In this document: piece by piece, positions 1-12,869 of the stretch | Numbering within the stretch: position 1 is the first letter of the stretch | How the letters are laid out: each line of letters begins with the position of its first letter | Origin: Octopus vulgaris | Lineage: Eukaryota | Assembly (NCBI GenBank): GCA_951406725.2 | Contig: OX597819.1 | Coordinates: forward strand, 76,632,001 to 76,696,000 | Direction: 5' to 3' | Length of the DNA stretch: 64,000 bases | Position numbers and translations under genes: made by a program | Notes under the pieces: model-generated | The model's input: only the letters and a program-made list of their open reading frames with translations | The model's database searches: none | What the model was told of the DNA's origin: nothing

Positions 1-129
1 GAGTGAAAAGCGATAAATTTTAGACGCCACAAAATAAAATAGTTTAGTAGTGGTTAGATTCATAAAACTACTACTAAATCTAAAGGAAACTAATCGTGTG
101 AAAACAAATAGTAGAAATGGAAACAATAA

Positions 130-760
130 ATAAATAATTTATTTGAAAATATTTTCTAAATATTTTCAAATCTCTTATTTATTAATCAAGGAGATTGCTT
201 TTCAAAAATATTATTAATAACTACCTTATTAGAAATCTGGATTGAATAATAATTTTTGGCAATTATTTTTAAAGATGGTGTTTAGAAAGAATGCGATAAA
301 TTTGTCATTTAAATAAGCAGATAAAATTGCAGTTAAAATTTCCAGAATTAATATTTGACGAATATTAACTGCAATGGATTTCAATAGTCTCCATCATATA
401 CATAACAGTAAAAACGGAATAAACAGAAGTAAAATTGATGGTTTAGAAAATAGGGTAGGAAAGTCTCCTTACCCCGGTGAATCGTGTGTGGTATGAATGT
501 ACATTGCCTAAATGGTAGATGTGTTTTCTGACGACGAGAAAGAATAATGATCAGAAATTCCCGTTTGAATCTGCCAGGGAGTATTTCGAACTGAATAGTC
601 ACACCATTGATGGTCTACTGTTTTGTTTTGTTTTTTTCGTGAAAGACAACATTTTCTTTATGCTGCTTTTCATAATTGAATATATATTTAATTAAGCTAA
701 CATGGAAGGTTTATACGTAGGATTTAGACTTTCTACAAATAACATCTAAGTCATGATTAA
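130..760 (+). pseudogene. Very decayed Penelope-like GIY-YIG endonuclease remnant (tentative)
   Basis: Stop-riddled translation KSPYPGESCVV...ICQGVFRTE*SHH*WS...IKLTWKV is colinear with KCPAPGLC...YLGCTITFRKRISNHLFS...YNLNWEL in the 12870 ORF. Confidence 0.3.
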
Positions 761-1520
761 ATATACCTAAGGGAAACAAGTGGGCTATGAACATCCTTAC
801 TTTTTTTCTTTTGTATGTCTATGAGTACTGTCTAATTTTAAAATACCTTTGGCACCTGTTTTAGTGTCTTCTTTGTAAACTGCCTCTCTAAAAAGGGAAA
901 AGTACATTCGATAATATAATTCTAGATAGTTCTTAGAGATACTACAGCTGGGTTAAAGGACGGGTGTAGGAGGCAATTAGTAGGAGTCTGTAATTGCAAG
1001 TCTATTTACACTTTATAGACTGCGGCTATAAAGCAAAAATAATAATATTAATCTCACTCGACATCCCTGAATTAGCAGCCAAATTACCTTCAATCTTATA
1101 GAAGTACAGGACATTGGATAATGGATATTGGATAATGCAGTCTCACATACTCTTAGAAAAGAGGTGGTATTTTAATCTGGAATGCGTTTAACATTAGTCG
1201 ACCAGATCGAGTTTAACCTTTCTTCGAGTAAAGAATAGTTACAACAATAAAGAATTAATAAATCAAAGTATAATGAAGTGAATTAGTTTTGAATTATTAT
1301 TTCAAAATAATGAAAAAATGTTTACTGAATATTAACGCGCTTTAACTAAAAACTGAAACTAATTTTCACCTGCACCCAATTATTCTTCCCACACTGCGTC
1401 TTCTAATAAATATATATCTGCATCTACTTGTAAGTGAAGTCACGTGGCTTAGGGGATATTCGGTTCACGATTGTACGATGCTTTATTTATGAGAAGACAA
1501 TATAGAGTTTGCGTCAATGT

Positions 1521-2448
1521 TTTTCTACTTTGCTTTACCATGGTGTTGAACAAATTTTAACATTTTATTAAAAGTGCAAATATGTCAATTTCCTCCTTGA
1601 TCCCTTACTGTCTCACCCCAGGGAGAGGCCTACCATGAGGAGAAAAACTAGAGGATACCAATCTATCTAATTTTCACTGACACCGTTGCTTCCAAAAGGC
1701 AGTGATATTAAACGGGTGACAGAAAATGAAGGGTACTAGGCAATGCACGCCTTGCAAAAAAAGGTAACAGAACAGAACATGCATGTTCCTGTTACCCTTC
1801 GCCATCTGTGGCGAGTCCATTCTTCAAAACATATGCTATCTATTTTTCTACTGATGCGTTACAATTACTTACAAGTCTGCGCTGTGTGGTATTTTTATCA
1901 TGTTAGAAGAAGAAGAAGAAGAAGAAGAAGAAGAAGAAGAAGAAGAAGAAGAAGAAGAAGAAGAAGAAGAAGAAGAAGAAGAAGAAGAAGAAGAAGAAGA
2001 AGATTAGTATTATTATTATTGTTATTATACCATTTTAAAAGAAATTCGAGGTAACATGAAGTATATTTATGCATAATGTCCTAGAATGAAAGTCGGGTCC
2101 CTGACATAAGTGAGTAATCAAAGTTTTGCAATTAGATACAGGAGCAGAAGAAATATGCTTTCTGTTTAAATATATATATATATATAAATAACGTTTATAA
2201 GCTTAAAGCTTATAAGAGATCACTTTGTATTGGCTAAAGAAAATAGTCTAATATTGGGATATATAAGACATCCACGGAAATAAATGTGTTTTCCGTACGC
2301 GTGTGACTCGAGCCCACTTTTTTCCCGTCGCGAGGTTATATGCGTGCATATAATTCTATTTTCTTTACCATGATGTTGGATAAAACTTAAACATCTTATT
2401 AAAAGTGCAAATGTGTCAATTTCCTCCTTGAATCCTTACAGCCTCACC
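1521..2448. repeat. Diverged ~95-bp direct repeat pair (1521-1617 and 2354-2448)
   Basis: Both copies read CTTTACCATG.TGTTG...TTATTAAAAGTGCAAAT.TGTCAATTTCCTCCTTGA..CCTTAC...CTCACC. Confidence 0.85.
1906..2002. repeat. (GAA)n microsatellite
   Basis: Perfect GAA run; explains the poly-Arg ORF. Confidence 0.98.
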
Positions 2449-2473
2449 GCTTCTCAAATCATCTCACACAAAT

Positions 2474-2501
2474 ACACACACACACACATATAAATATATA
2501 A

Positions 2502-2567
<66 letters not shown>

Positions 2568-2588
2568 TTATTTATTTATTTATTTATT
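2474..2588. repeat. Compound (CA)n/(TA)n/(TTTA)n microsatellite
   Basis: Directly visible. Confidence 0.95.
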
Positions 2589-3257
2589 CTCTTGGTTCCC
2601 TGAATTTTAAAAAATTTACCTTGTTCAATTAAATCTCACTGCTCGCACCGCTTTGTTTATGAATAATTTGTTCATCCAATGCATATTTGGAATTTACTTA
2701 GAGTCGTTCCTTGCAAACAACATTTCGATATATTATCAACAATATTCTTTTTAAAAAAAGTGAACAGAGATCAGATGGTCAACATTAAGCTCCTTTGGAG
2801 ACATATACGTTATTTAGATGTGTAAGCGCTTTCTGCAATCATCTGCCTTTCAAAGGCATGACATAAACCAAATTTTCTTTTGTACTTGGAAGCTTTTCAT
2901 TTTCTCTTTCTTTTGAAAATGGGCTATATTTTGAGTTCCCAATTAGTATATGGAACAATTTTTATAGGTGAATCCTAGATAAGTCATTTATGGTTTCTTC
3001 CACGATGTATTAATTCGGTTTCTGTATGACCGACATAAGACACATTTCATTGCGAACATGTAAAGCAATAAAGTAGATTTCTTGATTTTGTTATTCATAT
3101 TTGCTTTGATTTTTTTTATTCTCCTGGTTCCCTGAATTAAAAAAAAAAAGATGTTACCTTATTCAGTTAGATCAAACTGCTCGCAATGCTTTTCTATACA
3201 AACAATTTGTTCTTCCGATGTATATTTGGAGTTTGCTGGGAGTCGTTCCTTGCAAAT
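2583..3257. repeat. Diverged ~140-bp direct repeat pair (2583-2718 and 3114-3257)
   Basis: Both copies read TTTATTCTC.TGGTTCCCTGAATT...CTGCTCGCA...AATTTGTTC.TCC.ATG.ATATTTGGA...GAGTCGTTCCTTGCAAA. Confidence 0.85.
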
Positions 3258-4149
3258 AGGTATGTCTCACATCAACGTTCAGAGATATTGAAGAACAAAT
3301 CGTTATTTACAGAGACATAGTGGAAATTTTATCAACATTAAAACACGACACAAAACATGTACAGTCACGGTTGTCTTTCTAGCGTGTTTCACTTCTTAAT
3401 GACCAACAACAGTCAGCCATTGTTGTAGTGTTGCAGCTATCTTGATGTCTTTTCTCCATTTATTTGCTCTCTTGTTGGGACTTTTCTCTTTGTATATCGC
3501 TAAAATTACCCGAGATTTCGAGAAGTGTAAGTGAAATAGGTGTCAAAAATGTATTTTCAATATCATATTACATCTAATATCAGCGTAGGGTATTTGTGTT
3601 TTCCAAGACAGTTATATAAGATACTTTTGAATGAAATCCAAGGATCAAGCTCACATACGGTCGTGGATGACAGCTTTCTTACTTGTGACTCTAAGAAATT
3701 GCCTTTTTAAAATCTTTCTTGTTTAACTTGCTTTGTAGATGCTTGGAAGAATTTTTATTTTTGTCAAAACCCTTAACATACTTTTTCACGCCGTTTAAAT
3801 TTTATAAATAGAGGTAACAATAGAGGAGGTAACAATACTTTTCATGAATCACTTGTTCTGCCTCGATGCCTTTGTTTTTAATTCGGGTTTAAAATATGTC
3901 CTTTTTATCTAATTTTTCCTTATCTTTGCTATGCCAAACACACAAAAATATGGCATTTAGTATCTCCAACCTATTGGCCTGGGAGCAGAGCAATATCTTT
4001 AAGTGTCCACACGCAACCCAATAGGAGACGTTAAAGTTTAGTTTCTCATGAAGAGATCAGTAGTTTTCCCAATTTTCTTTCAAATTCACTGAGTGGGCAA
4101 CGGAAATACATTTGTATTTGTTTCCTGTAAAAACAAGCAGCCTTTATGG

Positions 4150-5215
4150 GTTATCGATAATTTCACAATTTTAGAGAAACCATAACAAATTACAATTCCA
4201 TAAAATATTATATTGTAAGCAATCCCAAATCATCTTATTCAAAATAGTTCACCCAATTGTTACCAGGCCCATATCAAACACCCAAGAATTAAACAATCTA
4301 CTGGATATCCTTTTGTAACTATAGGGTAAAATTGTTTCTAGTTTCATCAGAACTGTCATGAACTATTAATACGACATCCTAAAACGAGTATATATAAATA
4401 TCCAGGTTAGTTTTAATGTGACAAGCCTTTACACTAATATCCGCACAAATACATTAATTGGGACTGGAGGCGATGGAATTCCGGAGAAGTTCTCAAAAGA
4501 ACTCATTTTAGCAGGATTACAATTTGTACTAGAAAACAACTACTTCTTTTCACAACTAATATTGCCTTCAATAATAGAGACAGCTATAGGTACAAAAGTT
4601 TCACTAATTTTTGTAATAAGTGTGATAGACTTCTGAGAAGAAAAAATATCTGTCCAATATAATATTGAGTTATTTTTGTTCAGAGCTTCAAAACGTATTT
4701 AAAAGAAAATTGGAAAATATTTCACGATGATTGTTTTATATTTCCGAACAGAAATACAAATCATACAAGATTTTAAAAATTGGTCAATAACATTCATGAA
4801 TCAATGACAATCACAATTGAAATGAACTAAAGAACATTTGTACTTTTAGACATCGTTATAATATTAGAAAACAAGATTATTACGGCTGATCTATTTTATG
4901 AAGAAACTGAGATATATTAGCACTTAGACGTCAAATCATACCATTCATCTCTGACAAAAGAAACCCTATTTAATATGGCAAGGCGTATATGTGCAATAGA
5001 AACAGAATCAACAAGATGAGAGAGGCGAATAGAAGAACTGTAAGTATTCCTCTGCAATCAAAGAGATTAAAGGCAATAAAAATGTCATATCCAAGGAAAA
5101 GCACATTCCCATTTCTGACTTATGGATAACTTCTCACATTGAGAAGGAAGATCCAAACAGAAATATCATTTGTGTTCATCCACAATCCCACAAACTAGAA
5201 CTTGCATTCCTCAAA
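4150..5215 (+). mobile_element. Penelope-like retroelement reverse transcriptase remnant (stops and frameshifts)
   Basis: Motifs in order: PIVTRPISNTQELNNLLDILL (cf. RPIVAGP..PT..LS.LLDILL), VSFNVTSLYTNI (cf. SFDV.SLYTNIP), TAIGTKVS (cf. GTAMGTK.AP), WKIFHDDCFI (cf. W.R.LDDCF), LDIV...DLFYEET...HLDVKSYHSS...FNMARRICAI (PLE thumb). Confidence 0.85.
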
Positions 5216-5324
5216 ATAATGTCTTTATAAAAATAAGAACTGCTCCAACAAGAAACAAGTAAAAGATAAATACACACACACACACACACACAGACACACA
5301 CACATATATATATATACATACATA

Positions 5325-5483
5325 CAGGCATGTGTGGTAAAAAGGTTGCTTAGCAACCATATCGTTTCTGGTTCAGTCTCACTGTGTCACACCTTGGCTT
5401 AGTGTCTTCTGCTACAGCCTCAGACCGACAAAATCCTTTTGAGTGCTTTTCGGAGACGGAAAGTGAAAGAAGCCTGGTGTATG

Positions 5484-5537
<54 letters not shown>

Positions 5538-5760
5538 TTTGTGTCTGTGCTTGCCCCCTACCATCACTTAGTTCTTGTTGGCGTGTTTATGTCCCCGTAA
5601 CTTAGAGGTTCGGCAAAAGAGGATAATATACTATATACAAGGCTTAGCAAAAAAAAAAATAAGTACAGGGCTCGATTCAATTGACTAAAAGGTCTTGAAG
5701 GCGGTGCCCCAGCATGGCCGTTTTCTAATGACGGAAACAAGTAAAAGGTAAAAGATAAAA
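5325..5760 (+). mobile_element. tRNA-derived SINE family A with internal (TA)/(TG) tract
   Basis: A-box-like TGTGTGGTAA, B-box-like GGTTCAGTCTC, core CACCTTGG, 3' GGCGGTGCCCCAGCATGGCC...GAAACAAGTAAAAG; at least 8 copies in the window. Confidence 0.9.
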
Positions 5761-5789
5761 CATGCATACACCAACTCACACATATATAT

Positions 5790-5985
5790 TGTTCAAATTT
5801 ACATAAAACTAAAGACGAAGACAGATGAACAAACAACAAACAAGTGTATTAGTTTAATGCTCGGGAAGAATGGAAATGTAGTTTATAATTCGAGCCTACG
5901 CTCTTCGACAGGTAGGATTAAGAGGAAAAAAGAATTAAAAAATACGGAGAGAGGAAAAATATGCTGAGTTCAACGGTCCAACATA
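5790..5985 (-). mobile_element. Short element related to 17819-18031, with degenerate hammerhead (5881-5915)
   Basis: Minus strand CTGTCGA-AGAGCGTAGGCTC-GAAT matches CTGACGA-AGAGCTACGCTC-GAAA at 17900; the downstream pyrimidine/TG-rich tail is similar. Confidence 0.6.
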
Positions 5986-7819
5986 TATATACATACATAT
6001 TGGCTAGATCATTTTCTACCCATATCGATTCTCTGTTTACGGAGTGTCAGCCAAAACCCTATATGCATGTGCTATCCCAGAACAGTCTCGGTTGTATTAC
6101 TGAGCCCAGTAAAATAATATGGAGAACAAAGAAATATTTATATGGAATACAATGTTTCCTATTTGACAATACACATATACTACAAACTAATAACATATTT
6201 TACTTATTCCCATTCTATTTTATTTAGCAAAGAAATAACGATAAAATACAATTGTATTTGGCAATTCCTCCTCTTTCATCATTTATATTCCTATTTGTAT
6301 TCCTATTCTTTTTCTTCCTCCACGTTCTCCCGATTTATCTTTGACTTTCCATTTTCACTTTCCCGACCCACACACACACACACTCTCTCTCTCTCTCTCC
6401 CTCTCTCTCCGAATGTATTTTCCATCTATTCTTTACCCCCTCCCCCCTCCTCTACATTTTCCCCGCTGAGATACTGTGCTAAACTATACAAAGATTAGTT
6501 GTCAATATATCCGTTCTAATGCAATTTATCTCATTCGTTTGATGTGCTGTACGTTTCTAAATGTTTTTAGATTATATTTTCAAAATGATAAACATAATCG
6601 AACTGAATGTAGTAAATATGATGACGATGTTACAATAGCAATGATAATGATAATAGTCATTCTTTATTTGTCGACAAGACCACTGTGGTGGCATTACTAG
6701 GTAAAAATAAAACGGTGTGAGTTTACGCAGAATCGGTTATGAAAACGCAGACATAAAGATCGACAGTATAGAAAAGAATGAAAAGGGAATCCATGACAGG
6801 GGAGATAATCATGTTGGACCAATGAGGCAAACTTAATAGATCCAAGTTTACCCTCAATAATAAGAGTAAGTGCCGTTTTCATTCGTGTTCTCCTCTCTGT
6901 AGTAACATACTAAGTCTATACCCTTCACGTGGCTTCGCGTACACCATCCTCGCCAATCTAGCCACCTTTCAGTAAATTTACTGGAGGACAGCACATTCCT
7001 TTCCGCTCTTGATTTCTTTAAAAGTGGAATTTCAGGAGTTTGATTAAAGCTTTATCAAAGATAAAAGTGTCAGCTCTTAGTCATGGCAATCTTGTGCTCG
7101 ACACTACCACAGAGAAAAACTATAGGAGAAACGAGCTTGACAAAAGCCAATCATATGTAATCGATCTTCAGAAACCTCTGTAGAAAGCCAGTCTCAGTGT
7201 AGAAAATGTTGGCAACAGATAAATATATAAATGATAAATATATAACTGATATACACAAATGATAGATATATAAAAGGAAATAAACAGATATTAACTTGAC
7301 CTGCAAGTTAATGACCTCTCTATAGCGTCAGGTTATGTATAAATCTTTAGAGTTGTGACAATCAAACATTTCATAGTTTTCAATTTCACATCTAGAATCT
7401 AAAAGGTTACAAGAGATCGACTATGTGTAATAAACTTTCAACCATAAGCTCTAATTTCAATATATCAAATTGTTTCCCAACTATGCATCAAAACAATTTA
7501 ATACATAGTTTAAAAATAATGAGTTAGATAATAGAATTACGAAGAACTTAGTTTGATTTGGCAATAACAGAGCACAAACAAATCGAAAGCCAAATCAGTT
7601 TGATTATAGTGAAAATAAGGAAAATATTAAAATTTCGGACGCTAGCCTTAGTCTTTTTTCAGAGTGTGAAGTATACAACGCTAAGCGGCATTTCCTCACA
7701 GCAAAAACATTCAGTTTTCGAATTGTTAAAAAAATAATGTTTGATGCAGCCTCAATAGCATCACTACCCAAGTACTGCCACAACGGTAACAAGAACACCA
7801 TAACCACTGCTTTACTGGT

Positions 7820-8090
7820 CCACTGTCGATTGCGCTGATAAGCATTCCAGTTGATCTGCTGGTGAAATTAACGTGCAAATGATCGAGTACTCTGCAGACA
7901 CGCATAATCTTAACGTAGTTCTCAGGGCGATTCAGCGTGACACAGAATGTGACGTCGAATGTTACAACTTATTTTTGGCTGCTGAGTGGACTGGAGCAAC
8001 GTGAAATAAAGTGCTTTACACAAAGAAACAACGCACCGCCAGGAATCGAATTCATGACGATCGTAAGCCTAATATCATAACCACTACTGT
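7820..8090 (-). mobile_element. tRNA-derived SINE family C (decayed)
   Basis: Minus head with B-box-like GAATTCGATTCC, followed by a conserved-domain-like TTTATTTCACGTTGCTCCAGTCCACTCAGC; related head fragment near 1440 on plus. Confidence 0.6.
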
Positions 8091-9099
8091 GGCCAGCTCC
8101 CCAACCACGACCATCACCAAGCTGTACTCAGACGCACACCTCTAAAACAAGTCGCGAAGAGTTAACTGCCACGCTATGATCGTATTCACTCTCTCTCCTT
8201 AAACGTGGCCACTTCTCGTCAAGACGTCGTGCCAATGTCACAGCCTCTGACCTGCTAGAAGTAGTAACCAAAATTCTCTCAAGCGATGCGCTAGATTAAT
8301 TTTTTAAAAAAATGTAGGATAAACGAATAGCTTGATAAAAGAGTGTTACATGTGCGTGATTCTTCGAGATATTTTAAACGTGCAAATGTCATAGGAGTCT
8401 ACTATATAACACTGCTCGGTGACAATACAAAAAACATGTAAAATTATTAATTAAGACCGGATGGAAAAATTCCAAATCCAGTTCCTTAATATCAAACTGT
8501 GAACTGCAGATATAAAAACTTGTTGAAATATATCAGTAAATAAAACATGACGTTAAATTTACGAAATTACGGAAATAGAAGCAACATAAATAATCTCAAC
8601 CGCTCTGAAATTCGATACATCCGTTTGTATTATCAATAATAAATGTAGTGGAACAGCAGCCGTTCTCGGATTGACTTCATTTTTCTCTTCTCCTCCTCTC
8701 GAGGTTTTACCAGAACTTTTTAACAAGCACAAGTAACCAGAAGCATTATGCATTTGGAACAACGTATTTGTAGTTACGTCGGATCAACAACCCATCTGTA
8801 AAAGTTAATATGTCAGTTATTATAGGGCTACACGATAGCAACGAGTGGGGATCGGGTTTACTAAAAGCTTATCTCGCTGGAAATATTGTCTCCAGAGAAA
8901 GAGTGTACCTTTCAGTTATTGGCATGATAATTCTAGAAAATTGTTGATTTCCTCATATTATTTTCCATTCTTATTTAGAGTCAGTCTCAATTACTGCTCG
9001 GTGATTCTTTACATTCACTCGGGGCGATGATCTGGATTGGTGAAAAAATTATCTTATATGCTATTTAGTAATTATTCGTTGTCGAAATTCAAGCCGTTG

Positions 9100-9164
9100 C
9101 TCTCTCTCTCTCTCTCTCTCTCTTATATATATATTATATATATATCTATATATATTATATATAT

Positions 9165-9225
<61 letters not shown>

Positions 9226-9386
9226 GTTTTATTTTACTGTGTATGCCATATAATACGACTACCACTAGCATAGAGATGTCCACATCTGGTGGCACCTGTA
9301 CTTATTTTATCAACGCTGATAGGATGAAAGGTAAAGTCGACCTCAGTCGAATTCGAATAATGATAATAATGATAATAATAATAAAG

Positions 9387-9473
<87 letters not shown>

Positions 9474-9519
9474 TAATACGGCTGTTTTTGGTTGCTGTTG
9501 CTACGGCCGCTGCCGCAAT

Positions 9520-9575
<56 letters not shown>

Positions 9576-9576
9576 T
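9100..9576. repeat. Microsatellite cluster (CT)n, (TA)n, (GT)n, (TAA)n, (TAC)n with a family B SINE fragment at ~9290-9355
   Basis: Directly visible; fragment GATAGGATGAAAGGTAAAGTCGACCTC. Confidence 0.9.
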
Positions 9577-10304
9577 ATAGAAGACGCACACATGATCTTG
9601 TTTTCGTAGTATTAGATATATTATCATTGCCGTTATCCTTCTTGTTGTTTAGTTCTAGGTGAGCTTAGCATTGCAGCTACAAACACGTCTCTCTTGTTTC
9701 CCCATTTCTTCAAAATCAAGGCATGGCATCTAGGGCGATTTCGGTTGCTATTTCTAGCTACTCACATGACTATCAAGGGACTGTCCCTTCTCGTCTCATG
9801 ATTAGCTGGTGGTACTTACTATTCATAAATATGACTAGAATAACGGTTAACACTTTCAATTAGGCAACACAATCTCATTAAGCAGATCATTCTCGAGTAT
9901 TTAGTCACCATTACATTACTATTAGCACACTGCTTTACATTATCTAAACACTCATCAAAGCTGATGTATAATTAGTAAACGCACTCCTGCAGAACGCAAG
10001 CGGCGATGTCTTCAAGAGATGAAATTTCATCATTTTCAGCGGACATATGTTCCTTTACAGAAGGTAATGTTTCTATTTACAGATGTGCGTCTGCTATTTC
10101 GACTTGTCGGCTTGTTTAAAGGGCATTTGTCATCATAAAGAAAACAACCAAATGCTGTATTATAATATATGTATGCGTGTGCATAAATACACACACACAC
10201 ACACACACACACAAGGAGTGAGATGCATAATATGCGTCTGTGTATGTATATCTATATCAATATATATAAATATACACACATATATGCATATGAATATAAA
10301 GATA

Positions 10305-10305
10305 G

Positions 10306-10367
<62 letters not shown>

Positions 10368-10386
10368 GTGTGTGTGTATATATGTA

Positions 10387-10455
<69 letters not shown>

Positions 10456-10462
10456 GTATATA
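10305..10462. repeat. Long (TA)n microsatellite
   Basis: Directly visible. Confidence 0.95.
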
Positions 10463-10512
10463 TGATTGAATATGATAGTCAACAAGGAGTACAGTTAGAC
10501 CGTTATTTAATG

Positions 10513-10615
10513 ATCACTACACATGTTTCCATACATTGATCTACATATAAACAGGAATTAAGTTATGCAACGATTTACCTGTATAATGGGATCCAGTGGT
10601 ATTTCTTCAGGTGAT
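10513..10615 (-). ncRNA. Type I hammerhead ribozyme motif with long stem II
   Basis: Minus: AUCAC-CUGAAGA-[AAUAC...GAUC...UAUACAGG...CCUGUUUAUA...GAUC...GUAUG]-GAAA-CAUGUG-UA-GUGAU. Intact core, 5-bp stem I, GUA cleavage triplet; base of stem II is an A-G mismatch. Confidence 0.75.
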
Positions 10616-10968
10616 GTACAATTGCTGTCGCCGTTATTGACAGAGCCATGAGAGTGACTAGTAGATTATTTTTGCAATCGTTTCAATCCACTGCCTTCTA
10701 ATTTCAAACCACACCGTGTTCAAATTACCCTTTCATCTCTTTGAGATGAATAAATAAGTACCAGTCCTCTTACAAGGCCCATTCGTCTCTTTCTCTAACA
10801 TTATCTTCCTTATCTCTCCTTCTCTCCTTCTGGAAGAGATCGCCTATGCCCCAAACTGGAAAGGATACGCTCTGCTAAGTCTGGACGTTTAACGTTATCT
10901 AACAGAGAGGGTACATAACGTCGTATTCAAACATACATACATACATACACACACACATATATATATAC

Positions 10969-11007
<39 letters not shown>

Positions 11008-11106
11008 TAAAAACGGTAAGATGACAAAAGAAAGAAAGAGACCTCAATATTATGTAAATAGAGAAAATTTATCTATAAAATAATATGCTACATTACTCAA
11101 TAGTCA

Positions 11107-11168
11107 AGATAAAACTCTGAGTTTCAGATGCCGAGTGGAAATCCACAACACCATCTCTTTGGTTATCT
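11107..11168 (-). ncRNA. Hammerhead-like motif with altered core (CCAAAGA)
   Basis: Minus: AGAUAA-CCAAAGA-[GAUG..GUGG AUUU CCAC..CAUC]-U-GAAA-CUCAGAG-UU-UUAUCU. Perfect 6-bp stem I and palindromic stem III, but the core deviates from CUGANGA at two positions. Confidence 0.6.
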
Positions 11169-11617
11169 GGCCATCTGAAAAACGGTATGAAAAAATACCG
11201 TTATATAAAGGGAAATTACTGTATTATAATTCTGCTCGCGAACCCACGTGCGTACTTATACGTCACTATGAAAACGTACACATCTTCACTCGCATTTTTC
11301 GCCAAATATATACGCATATATATACAAACTCATACACACACACATGCGTACCGTAAAAGTTCATACATACGTCTATATACGCACAGACACAAGAAAAACC
11401 AAGGTTAAAGATAACAGAAAAAAACATAAGGAAGTATACAAAGCATAAGTATACAAAGCATATACGGATAAGCCCCTATGCACTCATACACACACACGCC
11501 CATATATGTACATACCCGCACATATTTATATACGTATATATACACACGCATATACAAAAATTGAATATACATATGTCCCCCCCCCCCAATTTTTTTTAAA
11601 TACTAAGTAAAAACGTC

Positions 11618-11654
<37 letters not shown>

Positions 11655-11684
11655 ACATACACATACGTGTGCGTTTGTAGTGTA

Positions 11685-11735
<51 letters not shown>

Positions 11736-11761
11736 AAAAGCAACAAGAATGGATCAATATA

Positions 11762-11846
11762 TCGGTACAATTGTTTCGTACGAAGACATCTTTAATAAGG
11801 CTACAAAAATTGCAGTAAATATAGGTGACTCGTACTCATCAGCCGA
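11762..11846 (-). ncRNA. Type I hammerhead ribozyme motif near the 3' end of the Penelope-like element
   Basis: Minus: UCGG-CUGAUGA-GUACGAG-[~42 nt]-UUCGUAC-GAAA-CAAUUG-UA-CCGA. All core nucleotides intact, palindromic CAAUUG stem III, GUA cleavage site. Confidence 0.88.
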
Positions 11847-12869
11847 AAAAACATCCGAGATTCCCAAACATCAAAGGGGGTAATGTTACACTCGTGAAAC
11901 ATCATGGAAAGTTCTATAAAAATGCGATTTAGATAACAAATTGGTTTCTAAAAGTTCAATTAGTATTACACAGTCATATATCAGGTTTTTTAAAAACTTT
12001 TTTCAAAACCGCTTAGTTTTCCAGAAAGTGAAGATGAAAGTGAGGGTGTGAGTTTATCCATATTGAAGAAAGTTTGATTCTTGGAGATCTGATGAGAGGT
12101 ATCGTACTCACAGAATATGTGTTTGTCCATATATAGTTCATAGTAAAGTGTGATTCAAGCTGTGTGAAGATATTTTGGATACATTTGTGCGAAATTTCTG
12201 AAAACTGTTGTGTTATAATCCGAGGAAAAAGCGTAGCGACAGTCTTATAGTGGAGACGAACAGGCTGCTATAGAAATCTGCAAGAACCACAGAGCTAAAG
12301 GAAGAATGTTGAATTTGACCAACTACTGCTATTAATTGCAATATAAAGAGGAAATGGGAAGGTGAAAAGGGGGGTCAAAGGTTGTTACTATAGGAAAACA
12401 TCTTAGCGTATTTGGTGCAAAATTCGAACGAAGGTCATTTAATTTATTTCTTTATTTATTAATGTTACTATTAATAGATTGCCAGGTTATGGGGATACAA
12501 TAAGAGGTCAGAAGAAAGGAAATAGAGTTATTTTTCCTAATGAAACCGTTATATTATAGGTTTGGGATTAGCAAAATTTGTTATTAGTGTAAAAGAACTA
12601 AGAAGTTTAATTAACTAATTTACTATAAGTAGGTTTACTTAAGATAGACTAAAAATTAGAAAGAAATAATTTAAATTATCTACATAGTCTAATAGAATGA
12701 AGTTTTAAATCAATTAATTTATATCTATAAGTATCACCTAGTATAGTCAGAGAGAGAATATAATCATAGCTAATTAGATCGTAGCTGTCTAATTAAATAT
12801 ATAATATAATATGTAAGAGTAATGTTTTATTCAAAGTGATTTTTATATATACCGTTATCATTTAAAATA

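Noticed and set aside
2720-3900. Possible piggyBac-like transposase remnant
   Set aside because: No convincing ordered motifs or TTAA/TIR ends found by eye.
7066-7155. Possible HDV-like ribozyme (AGTGTC/GACACT P1, GGC-AATCTTGT-GCT P3/L3, GCCAA)
   Set aside because: P1.1 and P2 could not be paired; the fold is incomplete.
12088-12118. CTGATGA-GAG...CTC on the plus strand
   Set aside because: No GAAA after stem II and no stem I or III.
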